NCBI GenBank assembly: GCA_965219455.1
Contig: OZ244744.1
Coordinates: 3,040,001 to 3,104,000 of the forward strand
Origin: Candidatus Latescibacterota bacterium
GTDB lineage: Bacteria > Latescibacterota > UBA2968 > GCA-2709665
Direction: 5' to 3'
DNA: 64,000 nucleotides
Shown piece after piece: positions 36,511 through 46,670 of this stretch (position 1 is its first letter; each line of letters opens with the position of its first letter). The notes below the pieces were generated by a model that saw only the letters and a program-made list of their open reading frames with translations, was not told the origin of the DNA and did no database searches. The position numbers and the translations under genes were made by a program.

Positions 36511-38637
36511 TCAAGTATTCATCACTACCGCTGCATGGCTATCCGGGCCGCAAACCCCCGCGCTGTTGCGCGCCTTGAGCCGCAGTTGGTTCAGGCCTTC
36601 GTGCAGTCTCCACTCCAGCGAGGGGTCTGTTTGTTCGCTCCATTCGGCTCTGTCGATCTGCACCAGAAATGCGTCAAAGCAAGGCGTCTCGGTATCCACG
36701 TCCACGCGCAGGACATCCGGCTCGGCGGTTTCGCTCAAGTAGAGTTCCGTCTGGTTGAGCGGGGGACTGAAATCCTGCCAGCGCCTGGTGTGTTGGGGAT
36801 ATTCGCGTTTGCGGGGGAACACATCGCTGTAGAAGCAATAGAAGAGATCGCTTCCCCAGTTGCTGGAGAGTCGCCACGGTAGCGGCCAGGGCCGGCTGAC
36901 AAAGTCGTTGCGCCGCACCATTTGCAAGTGTCCTTTGAGCATCAGGTGCTCCGGCCCTCCGCTCAGGTCGTCAATCGAAAAAGCATTGTCGCCCTGGCGA
37001 TAGGCAACGCGCGCGGCACGGAGCATTTCGAGGTCCGGCAGGCGCCACTGGATGGGATATTCCCAGGTCGCCGGTCCCGGCATGATTTCGGCCAGGCGTT
37101 CGCTGATTTCCACCAGACTCAGGGGAATGCCCGTGTCGGGATCGTAAATGTAGTAATCGCGCGTCGCATCCAGGAATATCCACTTGTCGAACTCGTTGGA
37201 CCATACTTCGGCCACTTCGTGCCCGTACGTGTGCTTGGTGGAGATGTTGACCCAGCGGGCCGGAAAGCCCATGGCCAGACAGGCGGCGATTAAGGTCAGG
37301 TTACAGTAGAGGCAGTGGCCATCGCGTCGGCGTTTCCGGTCGTCGCCCGGCAGACCGGGGCGTCCACTTGCATCCCTATCGAGTCGAGGCAGATCAAAGT
37401 AATTCCATTGGTAGGCATCCAGGCGACCGAGCGGCACTTTGTAGGCCCAGTGCATGAGTTGCAGCTGGGCTTCGAACTCAGTCGCCGCGCCTGAGACCAT
37501 CGCGTCCAGTTCAAAGCGGTGGCGCAGTTCGTTCAAGCGGGCGAATTCTTCGTGGACGTAGGGTAGGGATGGACGGATGACGCGACCGTTGCGGAACCGG
37601 AGAAGGTGGTAACGTCTATTGGAGCGGTGCTTGTGCTCGCGGCACTTCGCTTCAACGGAAATACCTTTGAATACCGGCGTCACCAGCGGATTGTGGGCGT
37701 ACATGACAATCTTGAACTGCAAGTAGCGTCCAGCAGGAGCGCACCATGTCCTGGAGAAATTCGCTACGGACTCGAAAGGGGACCACGCGGCCGCTGTAGG
37801 CACTGGATTGTCGCCCAGACGCGCCTCTATTTCTACCTGGCTTCCCTCGGGCACATCCACCTCCCATCCTACCCGGCACGCTTCGATGTCGAGCAATTTC
37901 GCTATTCTTTTTGTATCCTCTCCTGTAGCCAGGTCGATCACCGGCGAGACAAAGGTGCCCTGCGGTACGCTGCGATCCAGACTTAGGCGGATGGTGTACT
38001 CCCCGTCGATTTCATCTTTCCAGCCCAGGTGCTCAAAATCCCAGGTACGGCCTCCGTCCCGGCTCTTGGCGCTGCGGTCAGGGTGGCAGAGCCGCGTTTC
38101 AGAGCCCCGCTTGTATTCTCCATCGGCTGCCACCATGATTTCCCAACTGGTCTCCTCCGATTCGGCCCACAGGACGAACTCATTGGTACCCTGCCGCAGG
38201 GCGCCCACCGGCACGGCCACCACGAACCAGTTGTCGAAGTGCGAGCCTCCCCAGTCGGTGGTGTAGTAGTGGCGGGCAGAGGGGTGGGCTATCTTGCTCG
38301 GAGGGCGGATCAAGTGGTGACCATTGATGGAGACGTGGAGTGCATGGTCATTGTCGTCCATTTCCCGTCCGTTGAAGATCAGATAGGCGGCTATGGCGCG
38401 AGGATCATCCAGGACCAGATCTTTGCGCGCCATCACGCCTTCCTGCAATTTCTCAAACCACGACCGGTCCTCAGCGCCCTGGGGCCGGCCGATGGCTGGC
38501 GCATCGTCTTCGACCAGGAGCATATCATTGAGAACGATAGCCTTTTTCAGCTCGCAGTATCGGAGTTGATCGAACTGACCTCGTACTTCGAGCGCCGTGG
38601 CATCGAGCGCAAAACTGAAACTGCTCTCTATCGACAT
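36511..38637 (-). CDS. Large protein with a transglutaminase-like domain
   Basis: GHCLYCN, MGFPARWV, GHEVAEVWS...WIFLD (Cys-His-Asp); Asp-box-like SRDGGRTW; GAGGAG RBS. Confidence 0.8.
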   Translation of the reverse strand: MSIESSFSFALDATALEVRGQFDQLRYCELKKAIVLNDMLLVEDDAPAIGRPQGAEDRSWFEKLQEGVMARKDLVLDDPRAIAAYLIFNGREMDDNDHALHVSINGHHLIRPPSKIAHPSARHYYTTDWGGSHFDNWFVVAVPVGALRQGTNEFVLWAESEETSWEIMVAADGEYKRGSETRLCHPDRSAKSRDGGRTWDFEHLGWKDEIDGEYTIRLSLDRSVPQGTFVSPVIDLATGEDTKRIAKLLDIEACRVGWEVDVPEGSQVEIEARLGDNPVPTAAAWSPFESVANFSRTWCAPAGRYLQFKIVMYAHNPLVTPVFKGISVEAKCREHKHRSNRRYHLLRFRNGRVIRPSLPYVHEEFARLNELRHRFELDAMVSGAATEFEAQLQLMHWAYKVPLGRLDAYQWNYFDLPRLDRDASGRPGLPGDDRKRRRDGHCLYCNLTLIAACLAMGFPARWVNISTKHTYGHEVAEVWSNEFDKWIFLDATRDYYIYDPDTGIPLSLVEISERLAEIMPGPATWEYPIQWRLPDLEMLRAARVAYRQGDNAFSIDDLSGGPEHLMLKGHLQMVRRNDFVSRPWPLPWRLSSNWGSDLFYCFYSDVFPRKREYPQHTRRWQDFSPPLNQTELYLSETAEPDVLRVDVDTETPCFDAFLVQIDRAEWSEQTDPSLEWRLHEGLNQLRLKARNSAGVCGPDSHAAVVMNT

Positions 38638-38658
38638 ATTTGAATACTCCTCTGGCAA

Positions 38659-38854
38659 GTGTCCTGTCCCAAAGCTACCTCACCATTCGGCCGCCTGCCT
38701 GCGCCAAGCAACGCGCGGCAGGCAGGTCCCGCGGCGTTGGGCCGACCTTACGCAGGTCGCCTGCGTTCAGGCGCTGGGTCCTGAGCCTGTCGAAGGATGC
38801 GAGACGGGCGACTCGACGGCCGAATTTTGGCAACTTATTTCCGGGACAGAACAC
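38659..38854. mobile_element. MITE family B copy
   Basis: GTGTCCTGTCC ... GGACAGAACAC; carries CCTGCCTGC..GCAGGCAGG and CCTGAGCCTGTCGAAGG modules. Confidence 0.75.
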
Positions 38855-38864
38855 TCGATCCTGG

Positions 38865-39920
38865 TCATCTCCACGCCGCGCGCAGCAAGCGGACCCAGTT
38901 TCCGTGCATGATGTCGGCAACGTCGGTCTGCGAGTAACCGCGTTTTTCGAGGATGGCGGGAATCTTCCGCAGGTCGGCGATGGTGTCGAGATCGGAGGGG
39001 CACTGCTCCTTGCCGTAGCCGCCGTCCAGGTCGGTGCCGATGGCGGCGTGGCGGGAACTCCCGGTTAGCTGGCAGACGTGGTCGATGTGGTCTACCGCGG
39101 TCTCCAGCGTGATGCCCGTGTTGTCCATGGCTGCCGGGTCCCACAAGGGGGAGATCATCCAGATGTCCATGGCTGTGCCAATGACGCCGCCGCGCTGCGC
39201 CAGCATTTTGATCTGTCGATCGTCGAGCTGGCGGTCGTGGTCGCACAGGGTCCGACAGCAGTTGTGCGTGGCCAGCGCGGGACCGGTGAAAATCTCCAGG
39301 GCTTCCCAGAATGCCTGCTCGGCCAGGTGGCTCACATCGAGGATTATCCTGGCCGCCTCCAGGGCTTCGAGCATGGGGCGGCCCCTGGCCGTCAGGCCAC
39401 CGGGAGCCTGGGTCCCGTGTGAGTAGGAGCTGACCCCGTAGTGACACAAGCTCACGATCCGCAGGCCTTCATCCCACCACGCGGCTACCTGTTCGGGCGC
39501 CACAATGCCGTCCGCCCCTTCCATGCTGAGAACAAACCCCAGCGGGGTCGTCTGCGGATCGTTGTCCCACTCGGCCAGATGGGCGTCGAGTTCAGCGCGA
39601 TCGCGTATCTGGCGCAAGACTCCCTTGGCCTCCATCAGGCGGTAGTAGGCTAACTCGCCCTTGCACCTGGCGTAGGCAATGTCCTGGGTGCGCACCCCGG
39701 GAAAACGCTTGCCCATCGAAGCAAGCCGACAGCCCATGGTGACGAAGAAGAGGCCGATCCCGCCGCGCCGCAGTTCGGCGAAATTCACCACGTTCAGGCC
39801 GCGGCCCTTCTGCGCCATTCCGGCCTCGGCCTCGCGTATTTTGGCGATGGGCTGGAGCAAGTCCCGGTCCCATTCGAGCGCGTTGTAGGCGATATCGAGG
39901 TGGGCGTCGACGATCAGCAT
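38865..39920 (-). CDS. Membrane dipeptidase family (peptidase M19)
   Basis: DAHLD, SMEGAD, DVSHL, THN, DHIDH, GTDLDG, GNW. Confidence 0.93.
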   Translation of the reverse strand: MLIVDAHLDIAYNALEWDRDLLQPIAKIREAEAGMAQKGRGLNVVNFAELRRGGIGLFFVTMGCRLASMGKRFPGVRTQDIAYARCKGELAYYRLMEAKGVLRQIRDRAELDAHLAEWDNDPQTTPLGFVLSMEGADGIVAPEQVAAWWDEGLRIVSLCHYGVSSYSHGTQAPGGLTARGRPMLEALEAARIILDVSHLAEQAFWEALEIFTGPALATHNCCRTLCDHDRQLDDRQIKMLAQRGGVIGTAMDIWMISPLWDPAAMDNTGITLETAVDHIDHVCQLTGSSRHAAIGTDLDGGYGKEQCPSDLDTIADLRKIPAILEKRGYSQTDVADIMHGNWVRLLRAAWR

Positions 39921-40070
39921 GGAGGTTCTCCCATCAATAATATTCTGGCGAATTTAAAAGCCGGTTTTGTCCGCCGAAGGCAGGGGCCCTAGGGAAATGT
40001 GGATGTTGAATCTCGTATTTTGTTCTTTTTTCGTTCTTGCTTTCTCTTTACTTCTTCCCCGCCCTCTAAA

Positions 40071-40382
40071 TTCCCCTATTTCCTTGCCCTTTTTCTTGCT
40101 TCGCCCAAGAAAAAGGGCGAAAAAGAAGGGCGCCGCTCGGCGCGGGGCCGGTTTTTCCACGAATCTGGCCAGCGGCGTTAACGAACGATTGTGCCCTGCG
40201 TACGCATATAGCTTCACGGAACTGCAGTGGTGGACGGATTAGCGTGGAAAAACCCCCAACACCGCCACCGGGCGGCCGTGAAGGGTCCTCTTCAAGGATT
40301 GCCGATAGGTTCCATGCCTTTACCGCTTTTCGCTGACAGCTGAAAACTGATGGCTGACAGCTTACGGCTGATAGCTGACGGC
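40071..40382 (+). repeat. Repeat family A copy 3
   Basis: Same head, CGCCACCGGGCGG module and several GCTGA(C/T)AGCT tails. Confidence 0.85.
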
Positions 40383-40405
40383 TTTTTTCCCCGGCTGCCG
40401 ATGTA

Positions 40406-41899
40406 TCAATTCCTGATTTTTTCGAACAAGGCCTCGACCTCCGCCTCCTTCTCCTCGCTGCGCTTGCTGATATAACCCTCGCCGAAGTAGATGACCAGTG
40501 CAACCAGGATCTCCACCCCCGTGTATAGTTCGAACCTGTCGGTGAACTGAATCATGATGAAATAGGTGATCACACCGCCGATAAACGACAGGATTGCACC
40601 CCGCGCCGTCGGGCGTTTCCATATCATACCGAACATCAATGGGATCGCGATGGGCGACAGGAGGCCGCCGAACAGTTTTACGGTGAGAGCAAACACCTTA
40701 TTCATTCCCTGACTCTGGGAGATCACAATTGCCGTCACCACAACCGCGATGCCGAAAATTGCCGTGATGGTCATGCCCGCCCTGAACAACGCCCTGTCAT
40801 CGATCTCCGGCCTGAAATTGCGCTGGTAGAAATCCTTGGTGAACACCGCGGCAAGCGCGTTGATATCGCTGTCTATCATGGACATGGTCGCGGCAAACAT
40901 GGAACATACAAGCAGTCCGATCAGCCCTGGCGCCAGCGTCGACAGTATTTTCTGCGTGACAAGGATATATGTCTGATCCAGATCGAAGCCGGCGACCGGC
41001 TGGAGCGTGACCGGATCGAAGTATTCGGGCATCAGCAGCGGCGCGGCCCACGCGGGGACGAAAATGACGATGGGATAGAACAGATAGAGAATCGCCGACA
41101 GAAGCGCCGCCTTCTGGGCATCCCTCGGCTTTTCCACCGACACGAATCGCTGCGCCAGTCCCCAGGTGCCCCCATTGTAGCTGAAAATGATCACAACCAA
41201 ATAAACCAGCCAGAAGCTCACGCTGATTCCACCCGAAGCATTGAAAAAGCCGGCGCGCTCTCGGGGCAGGCTGTCCCACATCGCGTTCCAGCCTCCCACC
41301 ATATCCAGCGCGATAAACAGCACGGCCAGACTCATGACGAGTTGTACCACGAACTGTACCAGGTCCGTGAGTACAGTCGCCCACAACCCGCCTATAAACA
41401 CGTAGGCGATGGTAATCAGACCCGAAACGACGATAACAGGGACTACCGCCCAACCGGTAACCACATGGACGACAATTGAGATTGCGAACAACTTGATCCC
41501 GAGGTCGATGAACTTGATGAGAATTCCGGAAATCGCGATCAGACCTCTCACGGAATTGCCGTAACGCGCTTCCAGATATTCCACTGGCGTCAGGACTTTC
41601 AACCTCGACCATCGCGGCGCCCAGGCGAGGCATCCGATCACCAGCGCCACGAACACGCCAAGCGAAAACAGGGTCCACATGCTGAACCCCGTGACCGCGG
41701 CACGTCCGGCAAAACCCACGAACGCGACCGCGCTATATCCCGACACATGGTGTGAGATGGCCGCCATCCACCAGGGCAACCCGTGCCCCGCCGCGAAGTA
41801 CTGTTCCACGTTGCCGGACTTCCGCTTTGCCAGAATTCCGATCCAGGCCATCAATGCGGCGTAGACCGCGATTACGGCATAATCGGTTAGTGTGAGCAT
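40406..41899 (-). CDS. Sodium:solute symporter family protein
   Basis: YFAAGHGLPWW, EYLEARYG, GGLWATVLTD, AQRF, AATMS; GGAAGGGG RBS. Confidence 0.93.
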   Translation of the reverse strand: MLTLTDYAVIAVYAALMAWIGILAKRKSGNVEQYFAAGHGLPWWMAAISHHVSGYSAVAFVGFAGRAAVTGFSMWTLFSLGVFVALVIGCLAWAPRWSRLKVLTPVEYLEARYGNSVRGLIAISGILIKFIDLGIKLFAISIVVHVVTGWAVVPVIVVSGLITIAYVFIGGLWATVLTDLVQFVVQLVMSLAVLFIALDMVGGWNAMWDSLPRERAGFFNASGGISVSFWLVYLVVIIFSYNGGTWGLAQRFVSVEKPRDAQKAALLSAILYLFYPIVIFVPAWAAPLLMPEYFDPVTLQPVAGFDLDQTYILVTQKILSTLAPGLIGLLVCSMFAATMSMIDSDINALAAVFTKDFYQRNFRPEIDDRALFRAGMTITAIFGIAVVVTAIVISQSQGMNKVFALTVKLFGGLLSPIAIPLMFGMIWKRPTARGAILSFIGGVITYFIMIQFTDRFELYTGVEILVALVIYFGEGYISKRSEEKEAEVEALFEKIRN

Positions 41900-41968
41900 A
41901 GCCCCTTCCTGTAAAAACAACAACTCAGAATACCGGTTTCATGGTAGGTCCACCCTCGGTGGGTTCAT

Positions 41969-43705
41969 TCACCAACCGATGGCATACGACGTAGAACGTG
42001 GATCTGCACCGCCGACGCGTGTGCCCGTCTCAGGATCAACTGTAATCGCACACACCCGGCTGACCCCTGCGCTCCAATCGTCATCATCTTTAACGAGGTG
42101 CCCGCGACCTCGCAACGCCTCACGCACCGGTGGGGAGATGCGGGCTTCAACCGTTACCTCGCCGGGCAATGATCCGTGGGGCCAGAACGAATTCGGAAAA
42201 CTGTGACTGATGACACGGGGGGCCTCGATCGCTTCCTGCGGTTCCATTCCGAATTCAATGATATTGAGGAACACCTGCAGCATCCCCTGGACCTGTGCAT
42301 CACCACCGGGACAACCAAAGGGCATAAACGGCTTTCCATCTTTAAGTACCAGTGCAGGGTTCGGGGTGAGGCGTGGACGCTTCCACGGCTGCAAACAGGA
42401 GGGATGCGCCGGATCGAGCCACGTCTGCGTACCCCGTCCCGAGACGGGAAAACCCAGGCCCGGAACGACCGGGGACCAACCAACGACGTCCGAAGGGGTT
42501 GCCGAAAACGCGTTGCCCTGTTCGTCCACCGCGCAAAGGTAACTGGTATCGCTCTCCCAATGTGATATACGCTCCGGTTGCGGGCGATCCGGATCCAGGG
42601 TCGGGAAGGGACCGTTTTTCCCACGCGGTTCCGGATGGAATGGCCACGGATCACCGGCGGGCGGCATGTCACGAGCAGCTCGTTGGGGGTCAATGGCGCC
42701 CCGTCTTTCAGCGGCATAGCGCTCATCGAGCAGACCCGCCATCGGCACCTGCACAAAATCGGGGTCGCCGAAGTACGCCTCCCGATCGGCAAACGCCAAT
42801 TTGAGTCCCTCGATAATTGTGTGGAGATAGTCCGCGGATTCGTGCCCCATCCTCTGCAAGTCAACCCCTTCGAGAATCTTCAGCGCCATGTTCAACGTTG
42901 GCCCCTGACACCAGGGTCCGCAGGTATATACATCATAGCCTTTGTAGGTGATGTGCGTCGGTGGTTCGACCCGAACCGAAAATGCAGCGAGATCTTCGTA
43001 GGTCAGCAGCCCCCCCTCCTGCGCATGGAAATCGGCAATTTCCCTGGCAATTTCACCCCTGTAAATCAGATCGCGCGCGGCTCTGATTCCCGTTTCCCGA
43101 TCCCCCCCTGCCCCTCGTTCGGCGTCGATCATCCGCTGGAAGGTGTTCGCCAGATCCTTCTGGAAAAAAATTTCCCCGACTTGTGGAATATGTCCACCGG
43201 GATTAAAAACAGCAGCCGTCGATGGCCGATCTCCCAGCTCCCCGCTGACAAAGGCGTGGAACTGATCATCGACCGGATGACCGTTTTCGACGAGGTCCAG
43301 CGCGGGCTGGATGACCTGTTCAAAGGTCATGGTGCCAAACCGCGCCAACGCCGTCAACCACGCATCGGGCGATGCCGGTGTAAGGGTTCGCAAGATTCCG
43401 GGGGGCAGGTCGCTCCCGTGATATTTTCGGAAGTAGTCGATGCTTGCCGCCTGGGGCCAGCGTCCGAGTCCGCTGATGGTTTCAACGGGTGCGCCCGAAC
43501 CCGGGCAATAGATAATTGGTGCAACACCGCCAAAATGGGTGGATCCCGGTTGAAGCACGTTGATACAGATACCGACGGCGACACCGGCGTCGGCAGCGTT
43601 GCCGCCGTTTTCGAGGATACGGACCCCGCCCATGGTTGCGAGATAGTGCAACGACGAGACAACGTACCGTTTCCCGCGGACCGACGGGCGATGACTTTCT
43701 GGCAT
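41969..43705 (-). CDS. ggt: Gamma-glutamyltransferase family protein
   Basis: GGNAADAGVA, KLAFADR, nucleophile 'DTSYLCAVD', PGGD, ADPR; start MPESHRP with AAGGA RBS. Confidence 0.9.
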   Translation of the reverse strand: MPESHRPSVRGKRYVVSSLHYLATMGGVRILENGGNAADAGVAVGICINVLQPGSTHFGGVAPIIYCPGSGAPVETISGLGRWPQAASIDYFRKYHGSDLPPGILRTLTPASPDAWLTALARFGTMTFEQVIQPALDLVENGHPVDDQFHAFVSGELGDRPSTAAVFNPGGHIPQVGEIFFQKDLANTFQRMIDAERGAGGDRETGIRAARDLIYRGEIAREIADFHAQEGGLLTYEDLAAFSVRVEPPTHITYKGYDVYTCGPWCQGPTLNMALKILEGVDLQRMGHESADYLHTIIEGLKLAFADREAYFGDPDFVQVPMAGLLDERYAAERRGAIDPQRAARDMPPAGDPWPFHPEPRGKNGPFPTLDPDRPQPERISHWESDTSYLCAVDEQGNAFSATPSDVVGWSPVVPGLGFPVSGRGTQTWLDPAHPSCLQPWKRPRLTPNPALVLKDGKPFMPFGCPGGDAQVQGMLQVFLNIIEFGMEPQEAIEAPRVISHSFPNSFWPHGSLPGEVTVEARISPPVREALRGRGHLVKDDDDWSAGVSRVCAITVDPETGTRVGGADPRSTSYAIGW

Positions 43706-43848
43706 ACCAGTTTTTCCTTTCGAAGGGCATTGACTTTCAAGAATTGCGATCGAACTCGACCGGGTACCTGCCCACGATACCATCGGTAATCCCACGGGCG
43801 AACGAAGTCTGGACGGAGCTGCCCGCCACGCCGGCGTTCCCGATCTGC

Positions 43849-44607
43849 TCAGAACACACCCGGGATGAGGGCATGGCGGTTGGGCGGGTAGTCCGGGAAG
43901 CGTTCCAGGTACCAGCGGTGATTGCTGCGTGCCCGGGGGGCCAGATTGGCGACCGTATAGACGCAAAACGCGAGCCCGGCGAGCGACCACGTGGCGAACG
44001 CCCAGCCCGTCCATTCCAGAATCTCGCCGAGGTAGTTCGGGCAGGAGACGTATCGGAAGGCTCCGCGTTCCGGGACGACATAACCTGTCTTCCCGTGTTT
44101 TCGCAGGCTGAGCAGGATATTGTCGCTGTGTAAGTTCAGAACGATGCCGCCGATAAAAACCGCCACGCCTATAAGGAAACACGGGTTGATTAACCACGAA
44201 ACACCGTACTCGACGAAGTGGGAGACAAACCGGGCGTTGACGTAAGCGTTCAGCACATTGATGAAGAACCCCGATCCAACGACAACAAGCGGCATTCTTC
44301 GCCCGGTCCGGGTCCGGAACGGGTAGATGAGCGTCCGGTTCAGGTAATGGCTCTGCCACATCGCCAGGAAAACCAGCGACAGGAGGCTGCACCTCGAGCT
44401 CCCTTGCAGATAGACGAACAGGAAGAAGAAGACCGCCGGACATTCCATGCCGATCCAGCCCGCCGTGCTGGAGACGGTCGGCCCCCAACCGTATCCCGGA
44501 TAGTGGCGGCCGTAAGGCGCTGGCGTCCTGAGCAAATACAGGAAGGTCCCGCCGGCCAAGCCGAATATGATCCACACCAGCAGGCGGTAGATGTCCGGCT
44601 CCGTCAT
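43849..44607 (-). CDS. Steroid 5-alpha-reductase family membrane protein
   Basis: APYGRH, WIGMECP, HYLNRTLIYPF, NLHSD.IL.LR, VSCPNYLGEILEW, NLAPRA..NH.WY. Confidence 0.92.
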   Translation of the reverse strand: MTEPDIYRLLVWIIFGLAGGTFLYLLRTPAPYGRHYPGYGWGPTVSSTAGWIGMECPAVFFFLFVYLQGSSRCSLLSLVFLAMWQSHYLNRTLIYPFRTRTGRRMPLVVVGSGFFINVLNAYVNARFVSHFVEYGVSWLINPCFLIGVAVFIGGIVLNLHSDNILLSLRKHGKTGYVVPERGAFRYVSCPNYLGEILEWTGWAFATWSLAGLAFCVYTVANLAPRARSNHRWYLERFPDYPPNRHALIPGVF

Positions 44608-44654
44608 ATCAGCCGTCCTGCATCAGGATGAGATTGGTACGGAACTTGTATTTG

Positions 44655-45656
44655 TCAATGCGCGTCCTCCACGGTATTCGGGAGTGTTCGGACCCACCTT
44701 TCAGACTGGTCCCACAGGCGTTCAGCGGCGACTTCGTCCTGGCTGTCCACGGTGGGTTCCACGATGCCACACCGCTCGTAATATTTCCCGCCCTGCAATG
44801 CCCTCGTGCTCGCACACATCACGGTGGTTTGCGCGCCGGCATTCGGGGTCAGCAGGACCAGTGAGGTCAGCGCGGAACTGATTCGATGCGCAGCCTTGCC
44901 CATCCGGCCCCGAAACGCCTGCGGCAGGGTCAGGTTGGTCATTACGACTCCCGGATGTACAGCCACCGCGTGCAGGTTGCATGATTCACCAAAACGTCTT
45001 TCGATTTCACAGGCCATGTGAATCATCGCCAGTTTTGACAGGCCGTACGCGTCCCAGGAGTGGTAGAGCGCCATATCGGTGAAAAGGTTTTCGTTCCCGA
45101 CCCGGTCGTGGAGGCCGGAGGACAGGTTGACCACCCGTGCATCGCCGCTTTCGAGTCCACTTCGTTGCAGGAGTGGAAGCAGCGCCCAGGTCAGGTGAAA
45201 GGCGCCGAGATAATTGGTCCGCCAGTGTATTTCGCGGCCATCTTCGGCTAACGGGGGCTCCTTACGCGGCGTGAAGGTCTTCCTGTGAATGCCCGCGTTG
45301 TTTACCAGCACATGGAGTTTATCCTGGTGCTTTTCGCGATACCTTGTGGCGAAGCCATTGACGCTGTCCGGATCGCAGAGATCCAACCTGTGCGCCGTGA
45401 TGTTGTTCTCGCTGGCGCCGATCTTTCGAAGTTCATCTTTCAGCGACGATTCCATTAGAGGCACATTGCGCACGCAGGTCGCCACGACCGTCGCACCCCA
45501 GCTTGCCAGGATCCTCGCGGTTTCGAACCCGAGGGAATTCGGCGACGCCCCGGTTACGATCACGTGGCGGTCCGTCATATCGACCGGCGTCGCCGACGGT
45601 TGACGGGTGCACAGCTGAATCAGATGCCTGGTGAATTTGGACAGGATTCGTGGCAT
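44655..45656 (-). CDS. SDR oxidoreductase (retinol dehydrogenase/WWOX-like)
   Basis: TGAS..LG, NNAG, NLSS, YGLSK, VHPG. Confidence 0.92.
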   Translation of the reverse strand: MPRILSKFTRHLIQLCTRQPSATPVDMTDRHVIVTGASPNSLGFETARILASWGATVVATCVRNVPLMESSLKDELRKIGASENNITAHRLDLCDPDSVNGFATRYREKHQDKLHVLVNNAGIHRKTFTPRKEPPLAEDGREIHWRTNYLGAFHLTWALLPLLQRSGLESGDARVVNLSSGLHDRVGNENLFTDMALYHSWDAYGLSKLAMIHMACEIERRFGESCNLHAVAVHPGVVMTNLTLPQAFRGRMGKAAHRISSALTSLVLLTPNAGAQTTVMCASTRALQGGKYYERCGIVEPTVDSQDEVAAERLWDQSERWVRTLPNTVEDAH

Positions 45657-45760
45657 GTTTCTGTGTATGCTGACGTAGCTCCCGCGATTTCGTCCCAGGG
45701 CTTCACTGGCTTCCTGCAGTCTGATTTCGTTTTCGAGGTCAACCGCGGCAGGCCCGACGC

Positions 45761-46618
45761 TCAGAAGTTCGCGCGGTAGTTGATTGCCTGCAAGTTTACG
45801 TGACGTCTTACGTCCCCTGGTAGCTGGAAAAGCCCGGGTTTCTGGCGGAATTCAAAGAGCCGGTAGAGATGGAATGCGTTCGCGTTCGCCTTGGAGAATC
45901 GGACCTCGCCGGCGCTGATGTAGAATGGCGTTAGCTTGCCGTAACGTGTCGTTTTGACCTCGATGAATCGATCACGTCCGCTGACTTCGTACGACCGGAT
46001 ATCAAAGCCGGCACGGTCGCCCACGGTTTTGGAGACCTGCTCGACGTTTCTGGCCAGGCGGTCCTTGCCTTCACGCAGCAGGCGGGTGCGCTCAAACTTC
46101 ATGACCAGTGCTTCTCCGGCATCTCCGAGAGATCGATTCAGCGCTTCCATCTGGAGATAGTTGATCGGTGGGCCAGGTTGGCTGGAAACTACGTAATCAA
46201 TCGATCCCTCACCTACCGAACCAGAAGCAGGCACAGGCGGATCGACACCGATACCGAGCACATCGACCACTGTGAAACGGTCCTGGAGTGCCGTGACATC
46301 GGCTACGACCAGGTCCTCAAGCGACGAAAGGTGCTCGCGCACCACGTCCCTCAGCATGTGCTGGATGTTACGGAGCGGTTTGTAACCGTTGATGTACGGG
46401 AACCCCAACTCGATCAGGACTGCGCTGATGTTCTGATGTTTGCGCTCTACCGCGCCATGTGACCGGTCATCCAGCCGCGCACGGAGCGCCCTATTGCGGG
46501 CGGCTTTGTTATAGGGTCCACCGGAAAGTTCCGAAGCCAGCATATCGAAATAGTCTCGAACAGTGGCTTCGACCTCCTGTCGGCTCCAACTGCTAAGGCT
46601 CGGCACATTCCCCTTCAT
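45761..46618 (-). CDS. DUF3883 (NO VEIN C-terminal) PD-(D/E)xK nuclease
   Basis: GDAGE, GFDIRSY, FIEVKTT, FYISAGE; N-terminal 'WS..E...DYF.ML...KHQNISAVL' domain. Confidence 0.85.
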   Translation of the reverse strand: MKGNVPSLSSWSRQEVEATVRDYFDMLASELSGGPYNKAARNRALRARLDDRSHGAVERKHQNISAVLIELGFPYINGYKPLRNIQHMLRDVVREHLSSLEDLVVADVTALQDRFTVVDVLGIGVDPPVPASGSVGEGSIDYVVSSQPGPPINYLQMEALNRSLGDAGEALVMKFERTRLLREGKDRLARNVEQVSKTVGDRAGFDIRSYEVSGRDRFIEVKTTRYGKLTPFYISAGEVRFSKANANAFHLYRLFEFRQKPGLFQLPGDVRRHVNLQAINYRANF

Positions 46619-46670
46619 GACGATTCCAGAATCCCGCGCAAGTCATCTGTGATATGATTTGTTATTTGAG

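Noticed and set aside
43706-44575. N-terminal 290 aa of the 868-aa ORF as a GGT fusion
   Set aside because: It is an alternative frame over the 5-alpha-reductase gene; GGT similarity and an RBS begin at 43705.
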